Below, piece by piece: positions 30,363-41,021 of a DNA stretch of 64,000 bases (positions are counted from its first letter, which is position 1; each line of letters starts with the position of its first letter). The DNA is taken from NCBI GenBank assembly GCA_046052105.1, contig JBJOMZ010000001.1:596-64595 (forward strand), given 5' to 3'. Made by a program: the position numbers and the translations under genes. The notes beneath the pieces were generated by a model. It was not told the origin of the DNA. It ran no database searches and saw only the letters and a program-made list of their open reading frames with translations. The stretch comes from Verrucomicrobiota bacterium (GTDB lineage Bacteria; Verrucomicrobiota; Verrucomicrobiia; Verrucomicrobiales; Akkermansiaceae).

Positions 30363-31567
30363 AATGCCGTCAGCGCGTCCATGATGTAACGACTGGGTCG
30401 GAAGTTTTCGATGATGATCTCCTCTTGATGGCCGCGTTTCATGCGCACCTGGCTGATGTTGAAATTGGGAGTTTTGTGCGGAGCGAAAAGGATGTCGTCA
30501 TGCGTCGAGTTCTCATGCTTTTTGAACATCGAGGGCACAATGTCGCCACCGAGATGGTCATCGCGCCCTGTCGCCAGGTGGCAGGTGCCTAACACCTTTT
30601 CGTCTTGAATGTCCGCACCGGAAACCGGCAATACCTGAGTGCCGAAACCGAGCTCGCCGAGCGTACCGGTCATCGGGTCATCCAACAAACGCGCATTGTG
30701 GGCATCGATGGTGGACTGGTTGCCGGCAATGAGAGTGGAGCGGATGATGCAGCGATTTTCCACGTGGAGCACGCCGAGTGTGCCGTCTTCGTATTTCATC
30801 GGAAACTCGCCACGCGCATCAGATGGAACGAAATACACCTCGCCGGCGGGGAGATTCGCAATGTCGGGCGTGAGGCCGTTGCAGAGACCGTGGGATTTTT
30901 GCGCTTCCTGACCATCGAGTCCGAGCCATGCGGTGAGCACGCGACCGTCTTCGAGTGCGAAGTCGATTTCGATCGAATCCGCACCGGTCATCGCGAGGCG
31001 GATTTTTTCGGCATCGCGGGATACCTCGTGATAATCGACGGCCAGTCCTGAGGACAGGATGATGTCGTTCACCCCGTGGAGTGTAGCACCGCGGAAGCCG
31101 AACTGTTTGGCCTTTGCTGTCAGTGGGGCGGTGGCGGAGTAGGTGGAGATGCAGAGGATGAGATCGTAGTTGGGATAGATGTCGCGGTCGAAGGAAAGCT
31201 GGCGTCCTGCGGTGTCCCAGACCTCGTCGGCCAGATCGAGATTCGAGCCATAGGTCATGCGATAGGCGAACATCTCGCCACCGTGCATTTCCAGCTCGTT
31301 CATCACGCCGTCGAGCAGTCCGCGGTGGAAATGTTGGTAGGCGCGTTTTTGAATCGGGAAACCATCTTCTTTCAGGAATTGGAACTCGCGAATCAAGGGT
31401 TGCGGGTCTTCGAAATCCACGAGCACGCAAATCCTGCAACCTGCCGTGGGAGTGAACACGGTCTCGAGAAGACGGCGCAGGTCAAATGACGGAAAATTAC
31501 GCTTCTCCGGGTGAAGCAAGATCGCTTCCTCGAGGTAATCGGGCAGAGTGATGCAGGTGGCGGACAT
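30359..31567 (-). CDS. M29 (AmpS/PepS)-like aminopeptidase family protein
   Basis: NLPAGEVYFVP, LGELGFGTQ and DEKVLGTCHLATG resemble M29 signature blocks. The start is taken at MSATCITL (31567) to avoid overlap with the upstream gene. The stop overlaps the methyltransferase start by 4 nt. Confidence 0.55.
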   Translation of the reverse strand: MSATCITLPDYLEEAILLHPEKRNFPSFDLRRLLETVFTPTAGCRICVLVDFEDPQPLIREFQFLKEDGFPIQKRAYQHFHRGLLDGVMNELEMHGGEMFAYRMTYGSNLDLADEVWDTAGRQLSFDRDIYPNYDLILCISTYSATAPLTAKAKQFGFRGATLHGVNDIILSSGLAVDYHEVSRDAEKIRLAMTGADSIEIDFALEDGRVLTAWLGLDGQEAQKSHGLCNGLTPDIANLPAGEVYFVPSDARGEFPMKYEDGTLGVLHVENRCIIRSTLIAGNQSTIDAHNARLLDDPMTGTLGELGFGTQVLPVSGADIQDEKVLGTCHLATGRDDHLGGDIVPSMFKKHENSTHDDILFAPHKTPNFNISQVRMKRGHQEEIIIENFRPSRYIMDALTAF

Positions 31568-31658
31568 GTAGGAAATTAACCATGGGACTTGCGCGTGCAA
31601 GTGACAAGACAACATTTTTCGCAATTTTGATCGAGTCGCAAAACACGGATTGATGGCG

Positions 31659-33500
31659 TCATTTCGGCTCTGAGTCAGAGTTCTTGTCTTGCACCTCGTC
31701 ACCAATCACCTGACTGACAAGCCGCTCGATCTCAGGCAAGCCCCTCCGCAGAGCGCGTGAAGATTCTTGCAGCGATTTATCATGGAAACCCTTGACGCCT
31801 TCTTCGTTATTCTTATCGGCGACTTTTTTGATGGCGCGTGCCAGTGTGCGGGCGGTATTGGAAAGGTCAGTTGCCTGTGCGTATAGGGCGCGGCTGGAGC
31901 TGGGAACCAATCGATCGAGGGGATCGAGTATGGCCCTGCTGGACTCGTGAGCGGCTAGTACGGAAGAGGATGTGATGTTCTGCTCGCCATTTTCTTCTTG
32001 ATACATCTCAGCGATTTGCTGCAACGGTGACAGGGCCAAGCGGATTTCATGGGCTACCACGAGGTCCGACAACTGGGACGGACGTCTACCGCGGGCCTGC
32101 ATCAGGAGAAATTGCACCGATCCGTATGAGGGCATCGCGCTGGCAATCCCTTCGAGACGTGCCCGCACGATGGGATTGGCGACAAAGGGACCGATGCTGC
32201 TGGTGGCTTTTTCACGCACGACGGCGAAATTGCTCAGCGCCGCGGCCATGGCGGCATCCGGTGTTTTTTTGCTGAAGGCGATCAATTCATCGATGTTTTC
32301 CGCGAGGAAAATGTCGTGCTTCATGAAAAAACTCAATTCATCCATGGTGAGAAGACTGGGCAACAGTTCCGCCGCACTCCGTGGCAATACCACGCGCGTG
32401 GGTGGCGCGGCGGATAGCGAACGGATCTGCTGCCAACCGTTTTTCGGCAATTTGAGTTTGCCATCGCTTGTCACAATCCCGATGACCACACCCGCAGGTT
32501 CTTGTCCGGTCAAGGCGGCGTGGGCCAATACCGCGGCCGCTGCAGAGAGATGGTCATTGTTCTTTCTTACGGAGTAGGCTTCCTTGAATGGGGTGGACAG
32601 GACGATCACACCTCCGGTGGGAAGTTCCCCCACAGTTTTTTTCAGCCATGGCAAGGTCCTTGTGTTGATGGAGCGCAATGCGGGACGGATGCGTTCTTCA
32701 TCAACATCGCTCAGGTCGTAACGGAATTCCGTTTGTTCGCTGTCGATCCGGTGGGTCATGGTCACCGGGGTCAATTTTAGGTCGTATCTCTTCGCGGCCT
32801 CGTTGTAGATCATCAAGGGCGTAGCCACCGTTGCGGTTTGGAGCGCAAATGAGGCCTCTTGATCGAGGTTTTCGTCCTCAGTCTTCTTCTCGTCGGTCAT
32901 TTCTTCATCAGGGTCCTCATCCACGGCAGTGGCTGGCACGTCCTTTTTCTCGAAATCCTCTTTTCGGGCGACCCAGTCGGTCCATTGGCCCTTTTCGGAT
33001 CGGAAGTTCGCCGCGGAGGTGTGGCCGGGGTCGACCTGGGCAAGCACATCTCCCAAGCAAAGCGCAAGGATTTTGCCGTCATGGCCCGCTTCCTCAGTGG
33101 CTAACCATGACTGGGTGCGCCATGCTCGGGACTTGGCGAGCTGGACATCCGTTTGCGGAGGCACCGGAGAATCGTGCTGTTTTTCGAAAATTTCCCGCAT
33201 GTTCTCCGCCTGACGATTGACGGGATCCAGCGACTGGGCCAGAGCGAGAAACTGTGCCGCTGTGCGCTGCGCTGCCGGGTCTCCGGTGGGGAGGGTGGCG
33301 CACAGCAGACTCAGCTGTTGCGAAAGCTGCTTCATGGTGTCCACATCGATGGGCAATTGATCACGCCGGTAAGGCGCGTTGTCGCTGGGCGCGATGAAAT
33401 TGCCGAACGCATGATCCGATGCCAGAACCATGCCGAACGCGAGAAGAAAGGCCAAGGGGGAGGAGAGAGTGCGCACTTTCATGAGGATGACGGATTCCAA
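31659..33500 (-). CDS. Hypothetical secreted protein with a central Lon-protease-C-terminal-like (S16-like) segment
   Basis: Signal peptide (MKVRTLSSPLAFLLAFGMVLA). DHLSAAAAVLAHAALTGQEPAGVVIGIVTSDGKLKLP resembles Lon DGPSAG.....AL.SALTG......A.TGEI...G.V.P. An acidic linker and helical regions flank it. Confidence 0.55.
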   Translation of the reverse strand: MESVILMKVRTLSSPLAFLLAFGMVLASDHAFGNFIAPSDNAPYRRDQLPIDVDTMKQLSQQLSLLCATLPTGDPAAQRTAAQFLALAQSLDPVNRQAENMREIFEKQHDSPVPPQTDVQLAKSRAWRTQSWLATEEAGHDGKILALCLGDVLAQVDPGHTSAANFRSEKGQWTDWVARKEDFEKKDVPATAVDEDPDEEMTDEKKTEDENLDQEASFALQTATVATPLMIYNEAAKRYDLKLTPVTMTHRIDSEQTEFRYDLSDVDEERIRPALRSINTRTLPWLKKTVGELPTGGVIVLSTPFKEAYSVRKNNDHLSAAAAVLAHAALTGQEPAGVVIGIVTSDGKLKLPKNGWQQIRSLSAAPPTRVVLPRSAAELLPSLLTMDELSFFMKHDIFLAENIDELIAFSKKTPDAAMAAALSNFAVVREKATSSIGPFVANPIVRARLEGIASAMPSYGSVQFLLMQARGRRPSQLSDLVVAHEIRLALSPLQQIAEMYQEENGEQNITSSSVLAAHESSRAILDPLDRLVPSSSRALYAQATDLSNTARTLARAIKKVADKNNEEGVKGFHDKSLQESSRALRRGLPEIERLVSQVIGDEVQDKNSDSEPK

Positions 33501-33566
33501 TCAGAATACAATTCCAATCGTCGTGATGTTGCAAAAGTTTCTACCGTTTGTCAATCTCTCGCCGCC

Positions 33567-33977
33567 ATGCAGGAAAAAATTTCGATCGTCACTCGCGAAG
33601 AAGTCATGTTTTTCGATACCGATTGCGGAGGCGTGGTACACAATCTCGCCTACCTGCGCATGATAGAAACCTGCCGCACGCGATTGGCGGCGCTGATGGG
33701 GATGGACTTACCGACCATGGCGAAAACCCAGCTCTACCCCGTGGTGGTGCGCACCGAGGCCGATTACCGCTTTCCGGCCAAATTGGGCGATTGGTTGCGG
33801 ATTGAAGGCGAGCTGGCGGAAATCGAGGGCGCGCGCTTCTGGTGTCAGTTCGTCATGACGCGCGAGTCCGATGGTCAGGTTCTCATCAAAGCCCGCCAGG
33901 CGCTTGCACTGGTGCAGATGCCGGAGGGGAAACCGCGTCGGCTACCCGCAGAGTGGCGGCAACAATGGGGAGCATGA
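33567..33977 (+). CDS. Acyl-CoA thioesterase, hotdog fold (YbgC/4HBT family)
   Basis: VMFFDTDCGGVVHNLAYLRMIE (catalytic Asp region). ~136 aa. The start is an internal ATG of ORF 33153..33977, whose 5' part is antisense to the previous gene. Confidence 0.8.
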   Translation: MQEKISIVTREEVMFFDTDCGGVVHNLAYLRMIETCRTRLAALMGMDLPTMAKTQLYPVVVRTEADYRFPAKLGDWLRIEGELAEIEGARFWCQFVMTRESDGQVLIKARQALALVQMPEGKPRRLPAEWRQQWGA

Positions 33978-33996
33978 TGCGAAAATAACGATCATT

Positions 33997-34410
33997 CTAC
34001 CATAACGAGGGTCCCAGGTCCGGGGGAGGATTCTTGCGCGGGCGGGCCAACACTCCATCGAGACGGATCAGATCATCCATGGTCGGCTCCCACTCCCCGT
34101 GCAACAAGGACATCAGATCGCGTTGCCAATCGCGGCCATGGTTGGCTTCCTGCGCTTGCAGCAGGGTGCTCACTTCTGCGATCCGCCCACTGATGGCTAA
34201 TTCCTTGCGCGTACGGCGCATCCACAGATCGATGAACTTCCGGTCTTTGGTCAACACGATGAGGCGATTTTCCTGATTCGATTTCACGCGTGGTTGCAGA
34301 CGAAGAAAAGGCCCTGAGATTGTGCGATGGACACGACGCTGTTCTCTTACTAAGGTTTTTCCGCTCCGGCAATTGAAAATCACATGAAACCACGCATCAT
34401 CCACGCCCAT
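33997..34410 (-). CDS. Hypothetical protein (weak call, start uncertain)
   Basis: Only sizeable ORF in a 390-bp gap. The C-terminal two thirds look protein-like. It overlaps the next gene's start by 27 nt. Confidence 0.25.
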   Translation of the reverse strand: MGVDDAWFHVIFNCRSGKTLVREQRRVHRTISGPFLRLQPRVKSNQENRLIVLTKDRKFIDLWMRRTRKELAISGRIAEVSTLLQAQEANHGRDWQRDLMSLLHGEWEPTMDDLIRLDGVLARPRKNPPPDLGPSLW

Positions 34411-35064
34411 GCCTCACTGCCCGATGGCAGCACTCTCGAACTCCATGAGCATGATGGACGTTTCTATCTGCATTCCCACGGTCAGCAATGGGCCGGCACC
34501 GGCAGCCGCGTGGCGGAAGAGGAACTGGCCAAGCTGGGCACGCATCCGTTCCGCCCGGCCCGACAACCGAAAATGCTGATCCTCGGCCTAGGACTGGGCG
34601 CGCTAGCCCGCGCCGTAGCCGCCGCCATTCCCCAGAAAAAAGCCGAGTTCACCGTCTACGAGCCGTTGCGCGAATTGGCGCAGTGGCAAAAGAAGTTCTT
34701 CGCCGAGGACCACTGCTTTCAGGACAGCCGTCTGAAATGCATTCACGACCTCACCCCTTCGTCCCTGGCGCGTGAAAACGGCTCGTTGCACGCCATTCTC
34801 TTGCAAGCCGATGCCTGCCCTCTCGATCAGGGGAAATTGTTGATCGATGACAAGCGCTGGCTGGGAGCGATGCGGGATGCCCTGCAATCCGGTGGCGTGC
34901 TCGGCATCACCGCCTCGCGCATCATTCCCGGTATGTTTTCTCGACTGCGCCGCGCCGGATTCGATGTGGTGGAGCATTTCGTGGAAATCCACCCCGCCGC
35001 GAAAAAACCCCGCCGTTTTCCGATCTGGCTGGCACGCAAGCCAGCAGGAAATTCGGAAAAATGA
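34384..35064 (+). CDS. Spermidine-synthase-like methyltransferase-fold protein
   Basis: KMLILGLGLGALARAV glycine-rich motif. The size and layout resemble spermine/spermidine synthase-like proteins. Confidence 0.5.
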   Translation: MKPRIIHAHASLPDGSTLELHEHDGRFYLHSHGQQWAGTGSRVAEEELAKLGTHPFRPARQPKMLILGLGLGALARAVAAAIPQKKAEFTVYEPLRELAQWQKKFFAEDHCFQDSRLKCIHDLTPSSLARENGSLHAILLQADACPLDQGKLLIDDKRWLGAMRDALQSGGVLGITASRIIPGMFSRLRRAGFDVVEHFVEIHPAAKKPRRFPIWLARKPAGNSEK

Positions 35065-35138
35065 TTGAATAAATCCGCATCGATGGATCGTTCTACGGTT
35101 TCCGTTACGATCGTTCTCTCCCGTCTCGACCCTTCCTT

Positions 35139-36532
35139 ATGAAAGCTACCTTGTCCCTGTTGCTGTGCCTCTGCTCCGCGTTGATGGCGGATCCTCTTGT
35201 CGTCAAAACATCGGATTTCCTCGTGCGGCCCACGTTGTCCGCCACCTTGATTCCCGACCAAGCTCTGCCCATCGCCATTCCCGCCAAGGAGTGGGGCACC
35301 TTCACCATCCTAGAGATCGCCGCCCACGGCACTCGTGTGAGCAAGGGCCAGGTGCTGGTGCGCTTCGATGACGAATCCTATCAGAAAAAATTGCGCGATG
35401 CCGAGTCCGCCGCGAAGGCCGGTAAGCTCTCGCTCGCCAATGCCGAGGCGGATTTTGCCAGCGCCGAAAAATACCTGCCCATGCAGTTGCAACACGCCCG
35501 CATCAAGGCCGATGAAGCCGCGGAAGCTCTGGCCTACTTTCGCAACACCCGCCGCAACTCGGAAGTCACCGAGGCGAACCTCAGCCTGCGCCAGAGCGAA
35601 CTGCGCCTGGAGTCCGAACTGGAAGAGCTGAAGCAGTTGGAAAAAATGTATAAGGCCGATGATCTCACAGAGAACACCGAGGAGATCATTCTGAAGCGTC
35701 AGCGCGAAATCGTGAAAGCGATGGAAATTTCCCTGGAGATGGCGAAATTGTCCCACAAGCGCAAATTGGAAGTCAGTCTGCCGCGCGAGGCCGTTGCACT
35801 CGAGCGGGATGAGCAGAGCGCGGCCATCGCTTTGAAGGAAAATGAACAAAATCTGCCGCGCAATCTGGAACTGAAACGCATCGCGCTGGAAGACGCGAAG
35901 GTCAATGCGCAGCGCAGCGCTGATGCCCTCGCTGCCCTGCAAGCAGAGAAGGATCTGTTTGTCATCAAGTCCCCCGCCGAGGGCTATTTCTACTACGGCA
36001 CCATGCAGGATGGCCGCTGGACCACGGGCGAACCAGTGAAGGCGCTCACTCCCTTTTCCCCCGTGGCCATCAAGCGCCCCTTTGCCGTGGTGGTGCCGAT
36101 CGATGCGACACAATGCTTGGAAGCCTCGGTGGATGAGGCGACCATGCGCGTGCTCAAGCATGGTGTGAAAGGATTCGCCACGCTGTCTGGTCGCGCTGAT
36201 CAGAGTTTCCCCGTGACGATCAAGGATCTGGCCGCCGCGCCGGGGATCGATGGCCGCTACCGCGTAACCCTGTCCGCCGAGTTTCCCGCCGATCTCACCC
36301 GCGTGGCAGGTATGACCGCATCGGCGCAGGTGACCGCCTACCAAGCCAAAGGCGCCATCGCCATTCCTCTCAAGGCCCTGCGCTCCAATGGCGAAGGCGG
36401 CTGGGAGGTGGAGGTGCAGGAGGCGGAAAATAAGGTCAAACGCGTCGCCGTGAAACGCGGCGTGGCATGGGGCGATCAAGTGGAAATCCTCTCCGGTCTC
36501 AGCAAGGATCAAACCATCATGGTTCCCGGCGC

Positions 36533-36536
<4 letters not shown>
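35139..36536 (+). CDS. HlyD/efflux periplasmic adaptor (membrane fusion protein) family
   Basis: Signal peptide, then lipoyl-like half (GQVLVRFDD), a long coiled-coil hairpin, and beta-barrel/MPD segments (VIKSPAEGYF..., AIAIPLKAL, VKRGVAWGDQVEILSGL). Confidence 0.7.
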
Positions 36537-37747
<1,211 letters not shown>

Positions 37748-37847
37748 AATCATGGCATTTGCATGACGTGACGGCGCTTTCCAAGGGCCAAGACCATGAA
37801 GGGTGGTGATTGGCATGGCGGATGAAATCGCCGCCACACATTTCTCC

Positions 37848-37875
37848 TTGACAAAAGTATCAGATTTGATACGTT
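37848..37875 (+). promoter_or_regulatory. Putative promoter/operator of the HigBA-like module
   Basis: TTGACA (37848-37853), a 16-nt spacer, then TACGTT (37870-37875). The palindrome gtatca-gatt-tgatac (37857-37872) lies within the spacer. The GTG start is 7 nt downstream. Confidence 0.4.
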
Positions 37876-37882
37876 TTTCGCA

Positions 37883-38248
37883 GTGAGTCCACCTTCTCCG
37901 CGTCCGTTACGCACCTTCTTCTTTATGACAGAAGCGGGGAATGAGCCTGTGCGCGATTGGTTGAAAGAGTTGTCTCGGACGGATCAAAAAATCATTGGTG
38001 CTGATATTCTCGCAGTTCAGTGGCAGTGGCCGGTGGGAAAACCACTGGTTGACTCGCTTGGCGGTGGGCTTTGGGAAGTTCGTTCCTCTCTGGGTGATCG
38101 TATTGCACGCACCTTCTTTATTGTCGTCAATGAAGAGATCATCTTACTTCACGCCATTATCAAGAAATCGCGGACCGCACCAAAGCAAGACTTGGATCTG
38201 GCTCGCTCAAGACAGTCCTTCTACACAAAAGGAGAACGAAAAAAATGA
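37883..38248 (+). CDS. Type II toxin, RelE/ParE superfamily (Gp49/HigB-like)
   Basis: LRTFFFMTEAGNEPVRDWLKEL...GGGLWEVRS...RTFFIVVNEEIILLHAIIKKS matches the Gp49-like toxin layout. The GTG start at 37883 keeps the first beta-strand. Confidence 0.8.
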   Translation: MSPPSPRPLRTFFFMTEAGNEPVRDWLKELSRTDQKIIGADILAVQWQWPVGKPLVDSLGGGLWEVRSSLGDRIARTFFIVVNEEIILLHAIIKKSRTAPKQDLDLARSRQSFYTKGERKK

Positions 38249-38547
38249 AAAACAATACAAAAATCAAGGTCCACCGAGGTGGTGAGTTCAGCGATTTTCT
38301 CGCGGAGGAAGGAATTTTGGCAGAGGTAGAAGTGCTCGCCTTGAAGCGTGTCGTCGCGCTACAAATTCAAAAAGCTCTGGAACAGGAAAAACTCACGAAG
38401 ACCGAGCTGGCACACCGTATGAAAACGAGCCGGGCGGCCCTCGATCGCATCCTCGATCCCACCAATCCATCGTTGACCGTGGCCAGCCTTGGCAAGGCCG
38501 CCGCCGCTCTCGGGCGGAAAGTGGAGCTGAAGCTTTTGCCTGTCTGA
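38245..38547 (+). CDS. XRE-family HTH antitoxin (HigA-like)
   Basis: 4-nt overlap with the toxin gene. HTH segment LTKTELAHRMKTSRAALDRIL. Confidence 0.8.
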   Translation: MKNNTKIKVHRGGEFSDFLAEEGILAEVEVLALKRVVALQIQKALEQEKLTKTELAHRMKTSRAALDRILDPTNPSLTVASLGKAAAALGRKVELKLLPV

Positions 38548-38569
38548 CCTTCGACTTTCCGACCCACCC

Positions 38570-39289
38570 ATGTCCCGCAAGATCGCTCTATTCGACTTCG
38601 ATGGCACCCTGCTGCCCTGGGATACGCAGAAACTTTTTTGCCACTATGTGTTGCAGCGGCATCCGGCACGACGCTGGTATTTTCCTCTTTTTCTTTTGAT
38701 GACTCCCTTCACCCCCATCCTCGGCGCCGAGGGCATGAAGCGGGTGTTTCTGAGTTTTTTGTGGAAGATGAAACGTGAGGAAGTCGAGGAGCTCGCACGG
38801 GGCTTTGCCGCCCAGTGGGTTCCTTCCCGCATCTGGCCGGAGATGGTGGAGCGGCTGGAGCGGCATCGGCGTGACGGGGATCTCACGGTGTTGGTTTCCG
38901 CCAGTCCGGAGCCCTACATCAAGGAAATCGGCCGCATTCTCGGCTTCGATCTCAGCCTAGGCACCGTCATCGATTTCCCCGCTCAAGGCCTGCCGCTGTT
39001 TCCCGATCTGATCAATAACAAGGGCTGGAACAAGGTCACGCGCCTGCGCTGCGAACTGGATGCTGCCGCATTCCATGGCGATCAACTTCATCAGGCCCAC
39101 GGCTATACCGATAGCACCGCGGATCTGCCCATGCTCACTCTGTGCCAGCAGGCTACGGTGGTGAATCCCGCGCCGCGCCTGCTCACCCTCGCCGAGGAGC
39201 AGGGTTGGGAAGTCGTGAGACTACCCCGTCCCTGGAAATCCAAGCTCCACCGGCTCTGCCAACGCCTGCGGTATCTCACCGGCAGTTGA
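38570..39289 (+). CDS. HAD-IB family hydrolase
   Basis: Motif I IALFDFDGTLL. Later motifs VSASPEPY and YTDSTADLPML. Confidence 0.8.
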   Translation: MSRKIALFDFDGTLLPWDTQKLFCHYVLQRHPARRWYFPLFLLMTPFTPILGAEGMKRVFLSFLWKMKREEVEELARGFAAQWVPSRIWPEMVERLERHRRDGDLTVLVSASPEPYIKEIGRILGFDLSLGTVIDFPAQGLPLFPDLINNKGWNKVTRLRCELDAAAFHGDQLHQAHGYTDSTADLPMLTLCQQATVVNPAPRLLTLAEEQGWEVVRLPRPWKSKLHRLCQRLRYLTGS

Positions 39290-39315
39290 TGAGCGGAGCC
39301 ACTCGCAGATTTGGT

Positions 39316-40572
39316 TCACTTCCCGCCCAGTAGCTCGACCATCGCCCGGCCCATGGCTTCGCCCACGTTCATGTAGGTGCCGGCATCACCACCGTAATGG
39401 CTGTTTCCGCTGCCACCGTTGGAAAGGGGGTTGGCATAGACCGTGGCGACGTTGCCCTTGAATTCGGCATGTTTGCCGTCTTTGCCGTCCACCGCCAGCT
39501 GCGCGTCGAGGATTTTCCCTCCGCGACCACTGCTGCCCTTTTGCGCCTCACCGAGGGTGGCGAGCACGAACTTGGCATTCGGTGCGTTGAAATCCTTGCG
39601 CAGTTGTTTGATGAATTGCACGAGGTTCTTTTCGTAAAATTCGGCATGGGCATCACTGCCGCCATCCTTTTCACCCTGCCAGAAGACGAAACCCGCAATC
39701 TCATAGCCCTTCGCTCCAGGGTAATGCTTTTCCAGATCGGCCAGGGCGGCCTTGGCGTTGTCGGTATCATCATCATACTGCTTTCCGGCATACCACTCGC
39801 CCGCGACCTTTTCACCATTGCCCTTGGGGTTGCTGGGTGTGCCGCGGTAGCCGGGTTGCAGGTTGCCACTGAAGTCGTAGGGCTCGGTGCCCGGAGGCAA
39901 GAGGTCCCAGCCCAGACTGCGGTTGCCGATGCAGGCCTTGAGCAAAAATACCGGCGCATCGATGGCATGACCGACCACGTGACCAAAGCCCAGCTCAGGA
40001 CCGATGTTGTTTTTCGCACCGAATCCCGGCTCCAGCCATCCAGTCTGATGATCACAGGTCACCATCGCGCAGCGCACGTCCTTACGCACCGTCCATTGGC
40101 CCTCGGCATCGAGCAGGTAGGGGTATTTTTTCTCGGTCTTGCAATAATACCCCAGCGAACCTTTTTTGGATTCAGGCTCCACATTGCCCAGGCCGACCAT
40201 GTTGGATTGCCCCATCATGATGAACACCTGCACGGGCTTGGACAGATCCGCCTCCTTGCCGTCTGAAGCAGGGAGGGCATCCGGCACGCTCTTGGCCGCT
40301 GTGGAGGGAGTCGCCACCGCCGCTGCGGGAAATGCGCCAGTTTCCTTCAGAAAAGCGATGTCCCCCGCGGAGAGTTTGTCCTGGGGGAAGCTCATGGTCT
40401 TGCCGTTGGCCAGTGTCACACCCACCGTGCCGCTCGCCGGATCATAGCTTTTCAATTCTCCTTCAAAGGTTTTAGCCCCATCCACACTGGTCCATGTGCG
40501 GGCGGAAATGAACGACAGCGAGCCCATACCAACGAGACTCAGCGTAATGGCGAACAAAAAAGATCGTTTCAT
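39316..40572 (-). CDS. SHD1-domain + SASA/DUF303-type carbohydrate esterase
   Basis: Signal peptide. SHD1-like RTWTSVDGAKTFEGELKSYDPASGTVGVTLANGKTMSFPQDKLSAGDIAFL. Esterase motif VQVFIMMGQSNMVGLG. Confidence 0.8.
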   Translation of the reverse strand: MKRSFLFAITLSLVGMGSLSFISARTWTSVDGAKTFEGELKSYDPASGTVGVTLANGKTMSFPQDKLSAGDIAFLKETGAFPAAAVATPSTAAKSVPDALPASDGKEADLSKPVQVFIMMGQSNMVGLGNVEPESKKGSLGYYCKTEKKYPYLLDAEGQWTVRKDVRCAMVTCDHQTGWLEPGFGAKNNIGPELGFGHVVGHAIDAPVFLLKACIGNRSLGWDLLPPGTEPYDFSGNLQPGYRGTPSNPKGNGEKVAGEWYAGKQYDDDTDNAKAALADLEKHYPGAKGYEIAGFVFWQGEKDGGSDAHAEFYEKNLVQFIKQLRKDFNAPNAKFVLATLGEAQKGSSGRGGKILDAQLAVDGKDGKHAEFKGNVATVYANPLSNGGSGNSHYGGDAGTYMNVGEAMGRAMVELLGGK

Positions 40573-40816
40573 AAGGAATATGGGAAATCGTAACAGTTAC
40601 GGAATGATCACGACCGATATTTCGGGGAATCGACGTATCAGAACAAAATGGCAGGCCTGTCCACAGCCCCCGCCATCCCAGCGCGCCCACCACGGGCCAC
40701 AGACGCGCGGATTGACGCGGCACGATCGCAAGGTTTTTTTTCCTTGCGAGAGTGACTGATTTAGTTACGTTTTGTGAGTGAAAATAAACGATGCGTCTGC
40801 CAAAGTTTTCAAGGTC

Positions 40817-41008
40817 ATGCATGCCTGTGTGCTCATCGCGGCCCTGACTGGATACCTATGGGCGGCGGATCCTGTGGTGTCGAATATTTCCGCCGTGCAG
40901 CGGGCGGGGACGAAGTTGGTGGATATTGCGGATGATCCCAGTGCCTCTAACGAAAATCGCGTCACATTACATGAGCGAATTGTCATCGACCTCATTGGTT
41001 CAAAATAA
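40817..41008 (+). pseudogene. Truncated paralogue fragment: signal peptide + first ~40 aa of the beta-sandwich that precedes each FGE-like domain of the giant protein
   Basis: MHACVLIAALTGYLWAADPVVSNISAVQRAGTKLVDIADD...RVTLHE aligns with EPVITNITATQRSGTKFVDINYDL...KVTLEI of the downstream gene. It ends after ~63 aa, 13 nt before the giant gene's start. Confidence 0.4.
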
Positions 41009-41021
41009 AACACGAATCGGA

